From the NCBI GenBank assembly GCA_043228905.1, contig JBHGNT010000016.1:14756001-14820000 (forward strand): a stretch of DNA of 64,000 bases. Direction: 5' to 3'. A program made the translations under genes and the position numbers. This document shows positions 51,454 through 62,731 of the stretch, piece after piece. Source of the stretch: Azolla caroliniana (taxonomy: Eukaryota; Plantae; Polypodiophyta). Under the pieces are notes generated by a model, which saw nothing but the letters and a program-made list of their open reading frames with translations, ran no database searches and was not told where the DNA came from. Within the stretch, counting starts at the first letter, position 1, and the number at the start of each line of letters is the position of its first letter.

Positions 51454-53058
51454 AACATCATGTCATGATGTAAACATATCATGGGCAAACATTAATCGAT
51501 ATCATGATCTCACGTCAATACCCCTCTAGATGTATGAGATGAGGTTCAAGATCGGGTTACTATGGTAACACAAAGGTGTTTTAAAAACCATGGGGGTGAC
51601 AAATTAATGTCTTTCCCTGATCTCTATATCGATTTTTTCATGGTGGCTCCCCAAGGCTCAACCATGTATGTTCGCGTCATGAGTAGTTTATACACACAAA
51701 AAAATGTTAACAATAAACTATGTTTCTGTGCCCACATATGTGGTTTTGGCTCTTTAAGTCCTATTACGAGGACCCCGAAGTGCACTTAGACCTCAAGTCT
51801 AAACATGTGTTATAGTCATATGTATCAACGATGTTGTATGGTCTTGGTTATATTTGAACTCGAGACCTCGAAAACAAATGCATTAAACACTTGGGCCAAC
51901 CAAGTAGGCTGCTCTTCTTGAATGTTTAATGTTTTATGCATAGAGATATGCGAGCCATTTTCCCATATATGTTTTTTTAAAAGAAACATATATGTCAAGA
52001 GTCCTTATTTCCCCCTCGTTTACTACAAAATAAGTTGGTCCGTTACCTAACCTCAAGTCTCGTAATTACGATGGCATACGCCAAAGTGCAACCTAATGGT
52101 CAAGCCAAATGAACCCTCTTTTCATAGTAGGCCCACGTGGCCCATCACATGGTTACGTCATTACGAATGCCTTTCGTAAGAATGATCTCATGGTGGCATC
52201 GTATCCATGTAACGAGGGAGGGATGTTGGATATGTGTGTCATAGGAGCAACCTCACATGAAGTGGGTTAAGCCCTACGTACTCAACACCATTGTGGCTAT
52301 GATTGTTTCATTACGTAACAAAATATCGAAGTGACCAACAGTGATGTCAACAAAAAATTGTTGAAAAAAGGATGGTGACAACGCCATTCTCACAAAAATG
52401 TGAGGACGGCCACCAAGATCCTTTCCCCGAAAAGGAAAACATTCGATATAAAGATTGCGTAATATCAAATATATACATATGTTTATTTATCACATATATA
52501 CGATGAAATACGTATACACGTGACCACATATGTGTATAATTAAAAAAAATCGTAACATCAAATAGCCAACATATGATGAAATCGAGACACGTAATCGAGG
52601 CATGTAGCCTCTACGCACACGAAACATCCAAAAATAAGGGTTAATCATAATACGCAATTGAGGTATTGACCTCATATGCATACGACATCAAACGCATATC
52701 ATTTACTTTGAAATCGAGGTATTGTATACGTAACATATGTATGTGAGCGTAATACGCAATTGAGGTATTAACCTCGTATGCATACGGCACTAATCACATA
52801 TTAAAGATATGTCAAATGAGGTATTGACCTCATACACATATGTAAATGTTTTATACAACCAATTAATTACCACTATAACATCATTGAATTAATGAAAACA
52901 ATTACATATAGACTATACACATGATTAGATGGGAGAAGAAAAAATAGAAAAAAAAAGGAAAGAGTTACCGAAGTTCCTTTGTTGATCATTGTCTGGATCA
53001 AGGCCGACCGCACATCGATCAATCACCATCAATCAACAAAAGAAACATTAGCACATGA

Positions 53059-53070
53059 GCTCGGATACCA
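53059..53070 (-). promoter_or_regulatory. tRNA-iMet primer-binding site (1 mismatch) of the TIR-bounded Gypsy
   Basis: Minus strand tggtatccgagc versus the canonical tggtatcagagc seen in other elements here. Confidence 0.75.
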
Positions 53071-53470
53071 ACTATTAGAGACATGAACTAATGTAAGCAT
53101 TAGATAAGGATAGAATATAGATAAATATCTTATAGAAAGGAGAGAGAGAAAGAAGGGTGTCAATCCACCCGACCACCCCCGAGCGAAGGGATCGAGATGG
53201 ACTCGAGCCTCGATCGGCATCCCATACCACCGTCATGGCGTCGAGTCGTACCTAGTGCTGGCGCGCTCGCTACAAGAGTTGACCCACCACAAGACAAAGT
53301 CTCGACGTAGTCAACAAGATGATGAAATGAGGGTAGCTAGGCCTCTTATTTATAGCGATACCCAAGGCCCCCAGGCAAGTTCACACTTGGCCTAATGGGT
53401 TGTCTCAATCCCGAGGATTAAAAGTAATCCTCCCCTTCTTTACACTCTCGTTTAACCCTCACACTTATCC

Positions 53471-53532
53471 ACGTGTATAGAATGCTACGGTAAATTCTCA
53501 CCACGAGATATTATATGGTCATGCCCGTAACA
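53471..53532 (-). repeat. Right terminal inverted repeat
   Basis: Reverse complement tgttacgggcatgaccatataatatctcgtggtgagaatttaccgtagcattctatacacgt. Confidence 0.92.
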
Positions 53533-54088
53533 GAGGATGTCTACTAGAGAGAAAATGATTGACATGCAAGCAAAGCCAAAGACAGATCAAAGATCCATCA
53601 AGGAGCTCGAGAGCTAGAACAAGCTTGAAGCATATCGACGAGAATTGGAATCAGATATGAGTCGATTCGAGCAAACAAGTCGACTCAGAGGTAAATTGAT
53701 CCAAACAAGTTGATCCAACCGACTCGAACAACACACAATCCAGAAGATCGGCTGAATTATGCTAGACACCGACCTTACCTTTGTTAGTTCGGCCAAATGC
53801 CGACAGTCTTGTATGTATACTTGTAACTATAGATTATATTTGTAATCTAAGTTCACGGGGGAGATAACCCCAATTATTAGTATACATAGAAAAGAGTACC
53901 CCTTTTACAAGGGAGTTTGTTGGCATAAAAGGCCGACTCCTTCCACTTTGTATCCTTAGTGTGGACACATTCTCTAGTTAGGGCTAGAGGATGTAAGCTC
54001 AAGCCTAACATTGTAAAGAATTATCTTGGAGTGAAAAAGGTTGCAAAGAAGAGAATAAGAGAAAACTTCCATTAAAGCTTAATCTGTG

Positions 54089-54169
54089 TGTTAAGAATTA
54101 GGTAAGTAATTAAGCAAGGGTTAATTAGTACCTAATTATGTGATTAGTTGATAAGCAGAAGATTAAGTG

Positions 54170-54223
<54 letters not shown>

Positions 54224-57200
54224 TACACTTATGAACAACACAAGATGGGGGATGAGTAACTATATTAAATTAGCATTATCATCATCAAATACAAAAATAC
54301 CCACAAGGGTGTAAGTCCTATATTAAATGTACTTGGGAGTGGAGAATCTACAATATCCCACTTAAGTACAAGGTCTTATTTAAGGCGTTATAGTCAACAC
54401 TTCTAACTAGATTCTATCTAGATAACTACGAAGTTACATGGTTGACTAACTAACTAAACTAAGTTGAGCTTGATCTCTCAACACACCCCCTCAATCTCAA
54501 GTGTGCGGCGTTCGACATCCAGTTCTACTTTCGGCGTTGTCCAGCTTTTGATGTCGGCTTCTGTGTGGCTTCCGTCCGGCCTTCGGCTTTCTTCGTCGTG
54601 GCAATATCGGCTCCTCCCCCTCAAGCCGGTGACGAAGGCTTGTAGAGTGTGGATGAAGACCGACTACTTCCACCCATCGTGGGTTACGAGCTGCTTCAAT
54701 GGAGCTCTTGGGCTCTTGTTTGGCCACTACCTTCATCATGAAGGCATAGTGATGGGCCATGTACTCGTTGTAGCCGAGCCAAGTGATGGGGTTCTTAGCT
54801 CTAGATGAGCGTCGAAGTTTTTCGCTCGCCGATGTGAGCACCTTCTTTACTTTGGGTGTCCGCATGATGGGTACACCAAACTCATTGTCTTGTGAGCAAG
54901 CCGACACACCCGAATCACTTTCGTCAGGGTGATTGACTTCGTATTCGGGCATCTTACCTTTGCCTTTGTCCAAGTTCATACTTGGCCGCGATGTTGTCGT
55001 GAAGAATGTGCTTCACGATATAAAAATGAACTTAAGTATTGTATTTAGTAGTATTTGAGACACTTGAACCCACAACCTTATAAACCAAGCACAATGTATA
55101 TACCACTAGGGTAGGGTATTTGTTTTTAGAAATGTTGTCAAGAATGTGCTTCACTATATAAGAATAAACTTAAATATTGTATTGACTTGAACCCTCAACC
55201 TTGTATATCAACAAAGCATACACCACTAAGCTAGGTTACTTGTTTTAGGGTTATATCCATCATTATACTTATCTCATATATATTTTCATACATGGGAGCT
55301 CAAATGAGCATGATGACTATCATGCATCACATGCAATGCATGTGCGCCAAATGGCGATCATGCATCACATGTAACTCATGCATTACATGCATGCCATTAC
55401 CATATGCATGGAAATACTTATAAAAAGAGGGGAAAGAAAAACAAAAGGGAATCAATCAAGAAGAGAAAGTTAGGGAAATGATATGATCAAACAAACAAGT
55501 TAGCTCATTTGGGAAGAGGCTTGTGTTTTAAAGTTGGAGGCAAGGGTTCAAATCTACAGTTCAACAAAAGAAAAGTCGCATCTTGTGATCGACATTGTAA
55601 CTTTGGTAAAATCTTGGGTTTTTAATATAATACATATTCTTATCATATTTTCTTACCTCTTCAATCATACATTGTCTCTATCTCTCATCCTTGTTCGTCT
55701 CTCTCTCGTACATTACTTTCAACTTTTATTCTTGCTATCCTGAATCTTTGTGGTAAAATCTTATATTCTTAATATAAATCATGTTAATATCATATACTCT
55801 TGCTTCTTAAGTCATATATGGTCTTTGTCTCTAATCTATGCTCGTCTCTTTGTCACACAATACTTTTAACTCTTATTCTTCTTATCCTTAATCTTTCTAA
55901 CATTTGTGTGCAAGCTTTATAAAAGTTTCTTCAAATCCCCTTAAACCTTAGTCCCTGTGACTTCGCCGCACGAACCACAACTACCCCAACAACGTGCTTG
56001 TGTCGCGTGGGGGCTCTTGTCGCCCACTAGGCCTTGCCGTAATCGGACTTTCTTCGAACATGTGTTCGAAGCGATCTCCATCTTCTACCTCTTGTTCGGC
56101 GGATTCTGGGTCGAGCGGAGTCGGAGTCGAAGTTTTCTCTGGTGCGTACCAGGATGTGGACTCGTCAAAGATTACGTCTCGACTTACCCGAACCACTCGG
56201 GTAGAAGGGTTGTAGCCCTTGTATACCTTCTTCTCGAACAAGTATCCTATGAGGATACATTCCTCCGACTTCGCGTCGGACTACCTGTTGTTGTTCGTTC
56301 GGGATGCGTACATTTGCAATGCTTCCGAACACCTTGAGGTGCGACAGGATCGGCTTCCTTCCTATGAGGAGCTCGTATGGAGTTAGCTCATGCACTCCAT
56401 TAGTGGTGCATCAATTCATGAGATAGACGGCCGTGGATGCCGCTTCCGCCCAATAGAAATTCGGCATGTGCTTCTCATGCATTATGGCGCGTGCTACCTT
56501 AAGTATTTGCCGATTCTTCCTTTCGGCTACTCCATTTTGTTGGGGTGTGTGTTGGCATGAGAATTCTCTCCGAATGCCTTCAGCTTGAAGGTGGGAGGTG
56601 AATTCATCGAAGAAGTACTCCTTGCCTCCATCCGATCGTAGGCATCGAATGTGCCAACCAGTTTCTTTTTCAACTTGGCCCTTGAGCTTTTGGGAGTGGG
56701 AGAACATTTCACTCTTCTTCTTCATCGGGAAGATCCACGCGTAGCGCGAGTAGTCGTCGATGAAGGTGACGTAGAATCGGCATCCGAGTGTATGATGTCG
56801 AGGATGCATTTGCTCGCATGGCTCTCCTTCGGGAATGGGAGTCTATGTTGTTTGCCGAGTTGACACGCTTTGCATACTCGGTCGACTTGTTTCGACTCAA
56901 ATGACGGAAGTCCGATAACAACTCCCGTTGATTGAATTTCTCGAAGTTGTTGGAGGTTTATGTGGCCAATTATTTTGTGCCACAACTCGATGCTTGTCTT
57001 GGTTTTGAGAACTTTGGCATACATGGCCGATTTCACCTCGTTCGAATTGAGGATGAACATGCGACTGTGTCTCCGTCCCTTGGCTATGAGTCCGCCATAT
57101 TTCTCGATGAAACAACCTTTGTTGTTGAAGCGGACTTGCATGCCTTGCTCCATGATTTGGCCAACGGAGACCAAATTCTTTGTTATTGTGGGCACATGCA

Positions 57201-57997
57201 AGACATTCTTGATGCAAGTTTGCTCGCCTTCTTTCCCGAATGGGACATTGCCAATGTGCTGAATGGGATGTGTGGTGTCGTCTCCCGTCTCTATGAAGTC
57301 GGTTTGGTCCGGCGTTCGTAAGTCACGAAACCACTCTTGGTCTGACGTCATATGATGTGAAGTCCCGGAATCGACGAACCACACGTCTTCCGAGTTGGAG
57401 TTGCTTGCGGAGTCGGAGGCCGACATAGAGTTCGCCCTATGCCTCATTACGAATAGTCCGTCGTAGTCATCGTATTCAGAGTTGGTGGAGTAATTCGTGA
57501 GTTGTCGACTCGTCGAAGCCGACTCACTTCTTCTTTTTCGGCACTCCTCCTCGTGGTGGCCGATTTTTCCGCAATAGTTGCAAGTTGCGGGCGTCATTTG
57601 CCGACCTTGTTCGGTATGGAAGCTCCACCTTCTTCCGAAGGTTCCTTGATGGCTTCCATCTTGTAGTCGAAGGTTTGAGTTCCCTTTGTGTGATGGCTCA
57701 AATCAACCTCTTCTATCGCCTCGACCTCATCCTCAGCCACCATCCGAATTCGAGAAGAACATTTGTCCTTTTGATGTCGAGGTTTTGGTTTGGACATGGT
57801 TCTCTTCAACCATTACAATTGACTGAAGGTCGAAGAACAAAGGAGGATTTTCCCTTGCCAAGATTGTCGTCCTCAACGAGTCGAATCGTTGTGCGAGGCT
57901 ACCCAAGCATACTTGAACCATCTCGTCTTCGTCGACGTTTATTTTGATGGAGCCAAGCGATTCGCAAATGCTCTTGATCTTGGCGGTGTAGTCTGAT
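54089..57997 (-). mobile_element. Copia element with most of RT/RNase H deleted; 3' LTR 54089-54483; gag interrupted at 57997
   Basis: CNYCGKIGHHEEEC, WFVDSGTSHHM, LRSDGGKEY, YNEYMAHHYA; PPT complement caccccctcaa after 54483; (TG)n(AG)n inside the LTR. Confidence 0.88.
54995..55991 (+). mobile_element. Solo LTR with tRNA-like modules and a CATGCA-rich core
   Basis: TGTCGTG...CAACA, 4-bp TSD atgt/acgt; removal restores the host reading EPPRDTSTSRPS; core homologous to 170-440. Confidence 0.75.
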
Positions 57998-58107
57998 TGT
58001 CAAGAATAGTACTAAAACATAGAGAGAATTAGTACTAGAGAAGGGAAGTACTATTAGTACTAAGAGGACGGACTGTGTAAGACTCATGAGAGAGAGACAA
58101 TGAAGGC

Positions 58108-58139
<32 letters not shown>

Positions 58140-58156
58140 TAGATAGATAGATAGAT
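58108..58156. repeat. (GA)n joined to (GATA)n
   Basis: Read directly; target microsatellite plus LINE tail. Confidence 0.95.
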
Positions 58157-58211
58157 TATATTATCGTCTTCGGAGGTCAAATATGACCTATGAGACCAAA
58201 AATATTACATT

Positions 58212-61200
58212 TCACGTGATATGTGTGAAAGTGAGTAGTGACTCTCGATGTTCAAGAACTTTACCAATGAATGTTGCAATCGAGAGTGCACATTGTGGTT
58301 GTGAGAGGAATTCATGCAAAGATTGGGCTCGATCGAAGAGATGTGTAAAGCATGGTCGAATATGATCAAAGGCAGAGCATTGTATCAAAGTGTGATACTC
58401 AGACTCGCGAACTTGTTTAGGGCAAAGTGCGCATAACCGACCACTCTCATCACTTGTACCCCAACGCCCTGTTTCACATCGCAATGCATGTGAGCTAAGT
58501 CGCATGGAAGCAATGGTTCGAATGGAAGATAACGGTATGGGCTCTAACATGTATGGATGTACACGTACGATTTCCCCGTTCCGCGAAGAATATGGTTTTG
58601 TAGTTAGGTGCAACATGTGTAGTATAATGTGTGAAGCGTGAGCCTCCACATTTGTCCCATGTCATGATACAATGGCGTTGCAAAAATGCCTCATTTACAG
58701 AGGAATCTAATGATGCATCATGAAGCAAGTGTCTCGCATCCCATCTACCAAACCATTTTTCTATATCTTGCATCCAACCGGAACACAAAATTTTGCTTTT
58801 ATGCGTCTTTTGGATCTTTTTGCTTGCTTCCCACGCAATTCTAGGAAGTCGATGTGAGGGACTTTTTTGAACCTTAAGCATGTATTCAACAACCCTTTCC
58901 ATGGCCATGATCTCAATGGGAAGCGATCACGTCTCAAGGAGGAGGAGGGTGTAGGGTGTTTGTTTCTTAACTTGTAGAAACTTGGTAATAAAATGCTTTT
59001 GGACATTTTCAAACTCTTTCCACATAGATTTAGGGATGCTACCGCCCCATACTTCCACCCCATAGAGAAGAACCGGTGTCACCAAAGTGTCGAAAAGATA
59101 TTTCTTGAGGACCCAACACTTAATATCTCCAAGATTGCATGTGTTCTCAAATGCATAGTATGCTCGCTTGCCCGCCTCTAAGCGGCGTGTAGCACATTCA
59201 TTCCATCTATGATTTGAAGGAACTTCAAGGCCAAGATATTTGAAGCTTTCCACACATTCAAGTGGCTCATTGTTGTACATAATGCATGGTTTATCTCTTT
59301 TTTGGCTCTTCACAAGCATAATCTTTGTTTTAGAGCTATTGACACTTAATTTAGTATGCATGCAAAAATTTTCCAATGCCTTCATAAGCTTTTGTGCATC
59401 TCCTAAAGTATTTGCAAAAAGCACTACATCATCTGCATATAGCAAAAGCATAATCACAACATTCCCAATGGCAACTTCTTCAACACATTCTTCCTTTGCA
59501 AACTTGGTAACCATTTCTTCCAATTCATCAATGCATAGACCAAATAGTGTTGGTGAGAGTGGGCATCCTTGCTTAACACCAATAGTGCTTTTGAAAAAAT
59601 CTGAAAGTTTATCTCTCATGCGCACACAACATATAACCTTCTCATAAATTCGGGAAATTGCAAGCATATATTCACTTGGCACCTCAAGTTCTTCCATTCG
59701 CCTCCAAAGATGCTCACGAGGTACCATATCAAAAGCTTTCTTGAAGTCTACAAAGCAACAATATAAACCTTTACCTCTAAGGCGACTTTCCTCCGTTAAT
59801 ACTCGAAGGGTGATAAGGTGATCAATGGTGCTATGGTGTTTCCGAAAGCCAGCTTGTCCATAAGCTCTCTTACCACTTTTTTCAGCCCATACACTTATCT
59901 TTGATTCCATTATACATCCAAATAGTTTTGCCATTAATGAGCCAACCATGATGGTTCGATAGTTGTTTACATTATTTATATCTCCACCTTTATGTAAAGG
60001 TTTGATCCAATTTGTAGTCCAATCGTACGGCATACCATGTTGCAATGCATCATTAAACATATCGCTTATCCATATATGTGCTTCCTTTCCCGTCCATTTG
60101 AGCATTTCAGCCTTTATACATTGAAGATCGCTTGCCTTTCGAGAGGCCAATTTCTTAAGTCCTATGCATATATCTTCAATTGTAAAGAAGGGAGGCATAT
60201 GTGAAAGAGAACCATAACACATCATCTTTCCGGCAAGAGATAACTCATATAAATTCTTACAATGCATAGACAAGTCGTGAAGAGTTAAGTCACCATAACT
60301 CTCAACACGTTTTCCCTTTAGATTTCCCCAAAATTTAGCACATGCATGTGCTTTCTCTTGCGTTTGGATAAGTTGTTGAGTAACTTCCCATATTCTTCTC
60401 TTTCTTTGAATAAGCCTTTTATACTCATGCAAATGCTTTTGGTAATTCTCTTTATCCTTAACTACATCCAAAACCATAAGGCACTTTCGAGCTTCATGAC
60501 ATTCTTTATCAAACCATTTTTTCCTAAGTTTCTTGGTGCATTTCCAAGATGTGCGATTGGTCGAAAAACATTTGTTTGTACATGAGAGAATGACTTTCTT
60601 GAAAGCTTCCCATTTGCATTCTAGTGTGGCACCATGTTGTATCTTTGTCATTTGTAACATATCCTCAACCATCTTGGAATACATGGGTGCTCGCTTAAGG
60701 TTCATGCTCAAGTGCGGTTGTTTATTATCTTCAATAGCCTTCTCACAATCAAACCTATGCATACATTTGAGATCGATACATAAAGTAGCACATAGTCAAT
60801 CACACTATTTCCATTGTGTTTTCTACATGTAAAACCATTAGTGTTGGGCCATAAGGAAATACCATTTGCAATAAGCAATCCGGTACTATTGCACATTTGT
60901 AGGAGTAACTTCCCAAATTGGTCCGGATCTTTTTCATCGCTAGAAGAGCGGTTATACATTTGCATATCCTCTTGCATCCTTGAGATATGTGGCATGAAAG
61001 ATTCTTGTGAATCAAGTTGGAAACTTCTTGTACAAGCATTCATGTCACCAAAGACAATAACTTCCCCTTTGGATTTGAAATAAGCAATATCATCTTCTAG
61101 ATTGGCAAACGGTTGATCTTTATCCAAACAAGCATAAAAGTTAGAATCTTGATGAGGGATGTAACATCCAACCACAAAAGTGGGCAAATCATTAGGTGTT

Positions 61201-61517
61201 TCTATTTTGAGCCATATGTAGCATTTATTTTCATCATTTTTTATGATTGACACATATTTCTCTATTTCCTTCTTAATCAAACATGCCACCCCTCCTTGTC
61301 CTCTTCTTTGTCTTGGATTTTTCTTCCATATCAAAGAGTGTACATTATAGTTTCCTAAACCTTGAATCCTTTGAGTATCATGCTCCCATGTCTCAACAAG
61401 AAGTGTGATATCCGAGTCATCGGTGAACTCCTCTATGCCAAATCCCGCATTCCATGGGTATCCATTGCAATTCCCAAAGCATAGTCGTAAAAGGCGTGGG
61501 TTAGTCTCATAGATCAC
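58212..61517 (-). pseudogene. LINE ORF2: AP endonuclease, reverse transcriptase, C-terminal CCHC domain (about 3 frameshifts)
   Basis: LVETW, FGDMN, SVIDYVL; QAGFR, FVDFKKAFD, GVKQGCPLSPTLF, LYADD; HALRCETGRW...LCALC...ESEYHTLIQC. Confidence 0.92.
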
Positions 61518-61523
61518 GTGTCC

Positions 61524-62393
61524 CTATCTGCCTACATTTCCATCTTTAGGCACATCCTTAACCTTGTTTTTCAATCTTTCTTCATATGCTTTACGACGAG
61601 CATTTTGTTGTGAGATAGTACGATCTTCACTCACAAAGCATTGTGTACCTTTGAGGTATACCCAACTATTTTCGAGTATGATCCGCCGCTTTGTATCATC
61701 TGTCATTGTGCATACAATAGGCCTTTCTCCGGAGCGACTAACACCATGTTTCCCAACTCGGTGTGCCCCATATACATTCACATCTGACATCCCATAATGC
61801 ATGCTAAAAAATTCACCAATGGCCTTTCCAAGGGATGCGGGTGTTTCAATACTCTCTTCTTTAATCCCACGGATGACAATGTTCTTTGATCGTCGTTCAC
61901 GTTCTTTCAATTCTCGGACATCTATGTTTTCGATATTCTTCTCTTGATGCATCACATGCATATTAGATGAGTTTGATAGCACATCCCCACCACATACATC
62001 GGCCCATGACTTCGTTGTACATACATTTTTCATCTCACTTACATCCCGCCTCATCGTGTCCAATTTTTCTTCTTTTAATGCTTCATTTAACTCAATCTTG
62101 TTAAGGCGTTCATTTGTTTCAAAAGAAGCTCTTTTACATTCTTGAATCTCTTCTTGAAGTTTTGCAACCACTTGTTTAAGACTTTCATTCTCAATGACAA
62201 CACTTTGGAGCTTAGTATTCTCTTTCATTAACGTCCTAATCTCTTCACCTTGCTTGTTTATGGTTTCTTGAAGAGAAATCAAGTGACTCATAAGCATTTT
62301 GTCCATTGCATTAGAATCAAGATTTGTTGGTGATCTCGGCTCATTATCAATTATACCCCCAAACTTTGCGGCGGTTTTACAAGTATTTGCCAT
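61524..62393 (-). CDS. LINE ORF1 (coiled coil plus RRM-like domain)
   Basis: Open 289-aa ORF directly upstream of ORF2; heptad-rich N-half, ERRSKNIVIRGIKE, HRVGK, RPIV, FVSEDRT motifs. Confidence 0.85.
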   Translation of the reverse strand: MANTCKTAAKFGGIIDNEPRSPTNLDSNAMDKMLMSHLISLQETINKQGEEIRTLMKENTKLQSVVIENESLKQVVAKLQEEIQECKRASFETNERLNKIELNEALKEEKLDTMRRDVSEMKNVCTTKSWADVCGGDVLSNSSNMHVMHQEKNIENIDVRELKERERRSKNIVIRGIKEESIETPASLGKAIGEFFSMHYGMSDVNVYGAHRVGKHGVSRSGERPIVCTMTDDTKRRIILENSWVYLKGTQCFVSEDRTISQQNARRKAYEERLKNKVKDVPKDGNVGR

Positions 62394-62656
62394 TGAAGGG
62401 ACAAACCCTACGGGAAAAGAGAGACAGAGAGGGAAGGAGAGAGAATGTACCTTTCACTCGCTTTAGGGCTTCAAAATCTACCTTCCGTTTGAGGAACCGT
62501 GGGGTAAAGATGGCTGCGGATGAAAATGCTCATAACTTCTCGATACGGTAACGGAATTCAGTAAATGAACATTCTTTAGAAAGCTCTCTCAAAGAGCTTT
62601 CCAACGAGCTATAGAACGTAGAAAACGATGGCCGGAGTGAACTTACAGAGAGCTTT

Positions 62657-62659
<3 letters not shown>

Positions 62660-62727
<68 letters not shown>
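62660..62727. repeat. (GA)n microsatellite
   Basis: Read directly; abuts the LINE 5' end. Confidence 0.97.

Positions 62728-62731
<4 letters not shown>

Larger units (their letters stand above)
41489..53532 (-). mobile_element. Ty3/gypsy gag-pol element bounded by 62-bp terminal inverted repeats instead of LTRs
   Basis: TIRs 41489-41550 and 53471-53532 (57/62 identical), TSD GAGGA 41484-41488/53533-53537; host copia is continuous on both sides; internal gag-PR-RT-RH-IN on the minus strand. Confidence 0.85.
25780..54088 (+). mobile_element. Old fragmented copia acting as host: pieces 25780-26395, 33362-34213, 39766-41488, 53538-54088
   Basis: Gag, Zn knuckle, LLDSGTTFH, LWHGRLGH, IFGCEA..FIPRDKRT|KLASHALKCIFLGYG, RT/RH remnants and 3' UTR are collinear across three TSD-bounded insertions; PPT aagggag and 3' LTR start TGTTGGC at 53918. 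Confidence 0.75.
58133..62660 (-). mobile_element. Near full-length non-LTR retrotransposon (LINE, RTEX-like)
   Basis: 5' UTR, ORF1 and ORF2 (APE-RT-CCHC) with a (TCTA)n 3' tail; flanked on both sides by (GA)n. Confidence 0.9.

Noticed and set aside
41489-53532. DIRS element or plain class II transposon
   Set aside because: No tyrosine recombinase or classical transposase; it has a DDE integrase, protease and a 5-bp TSD.
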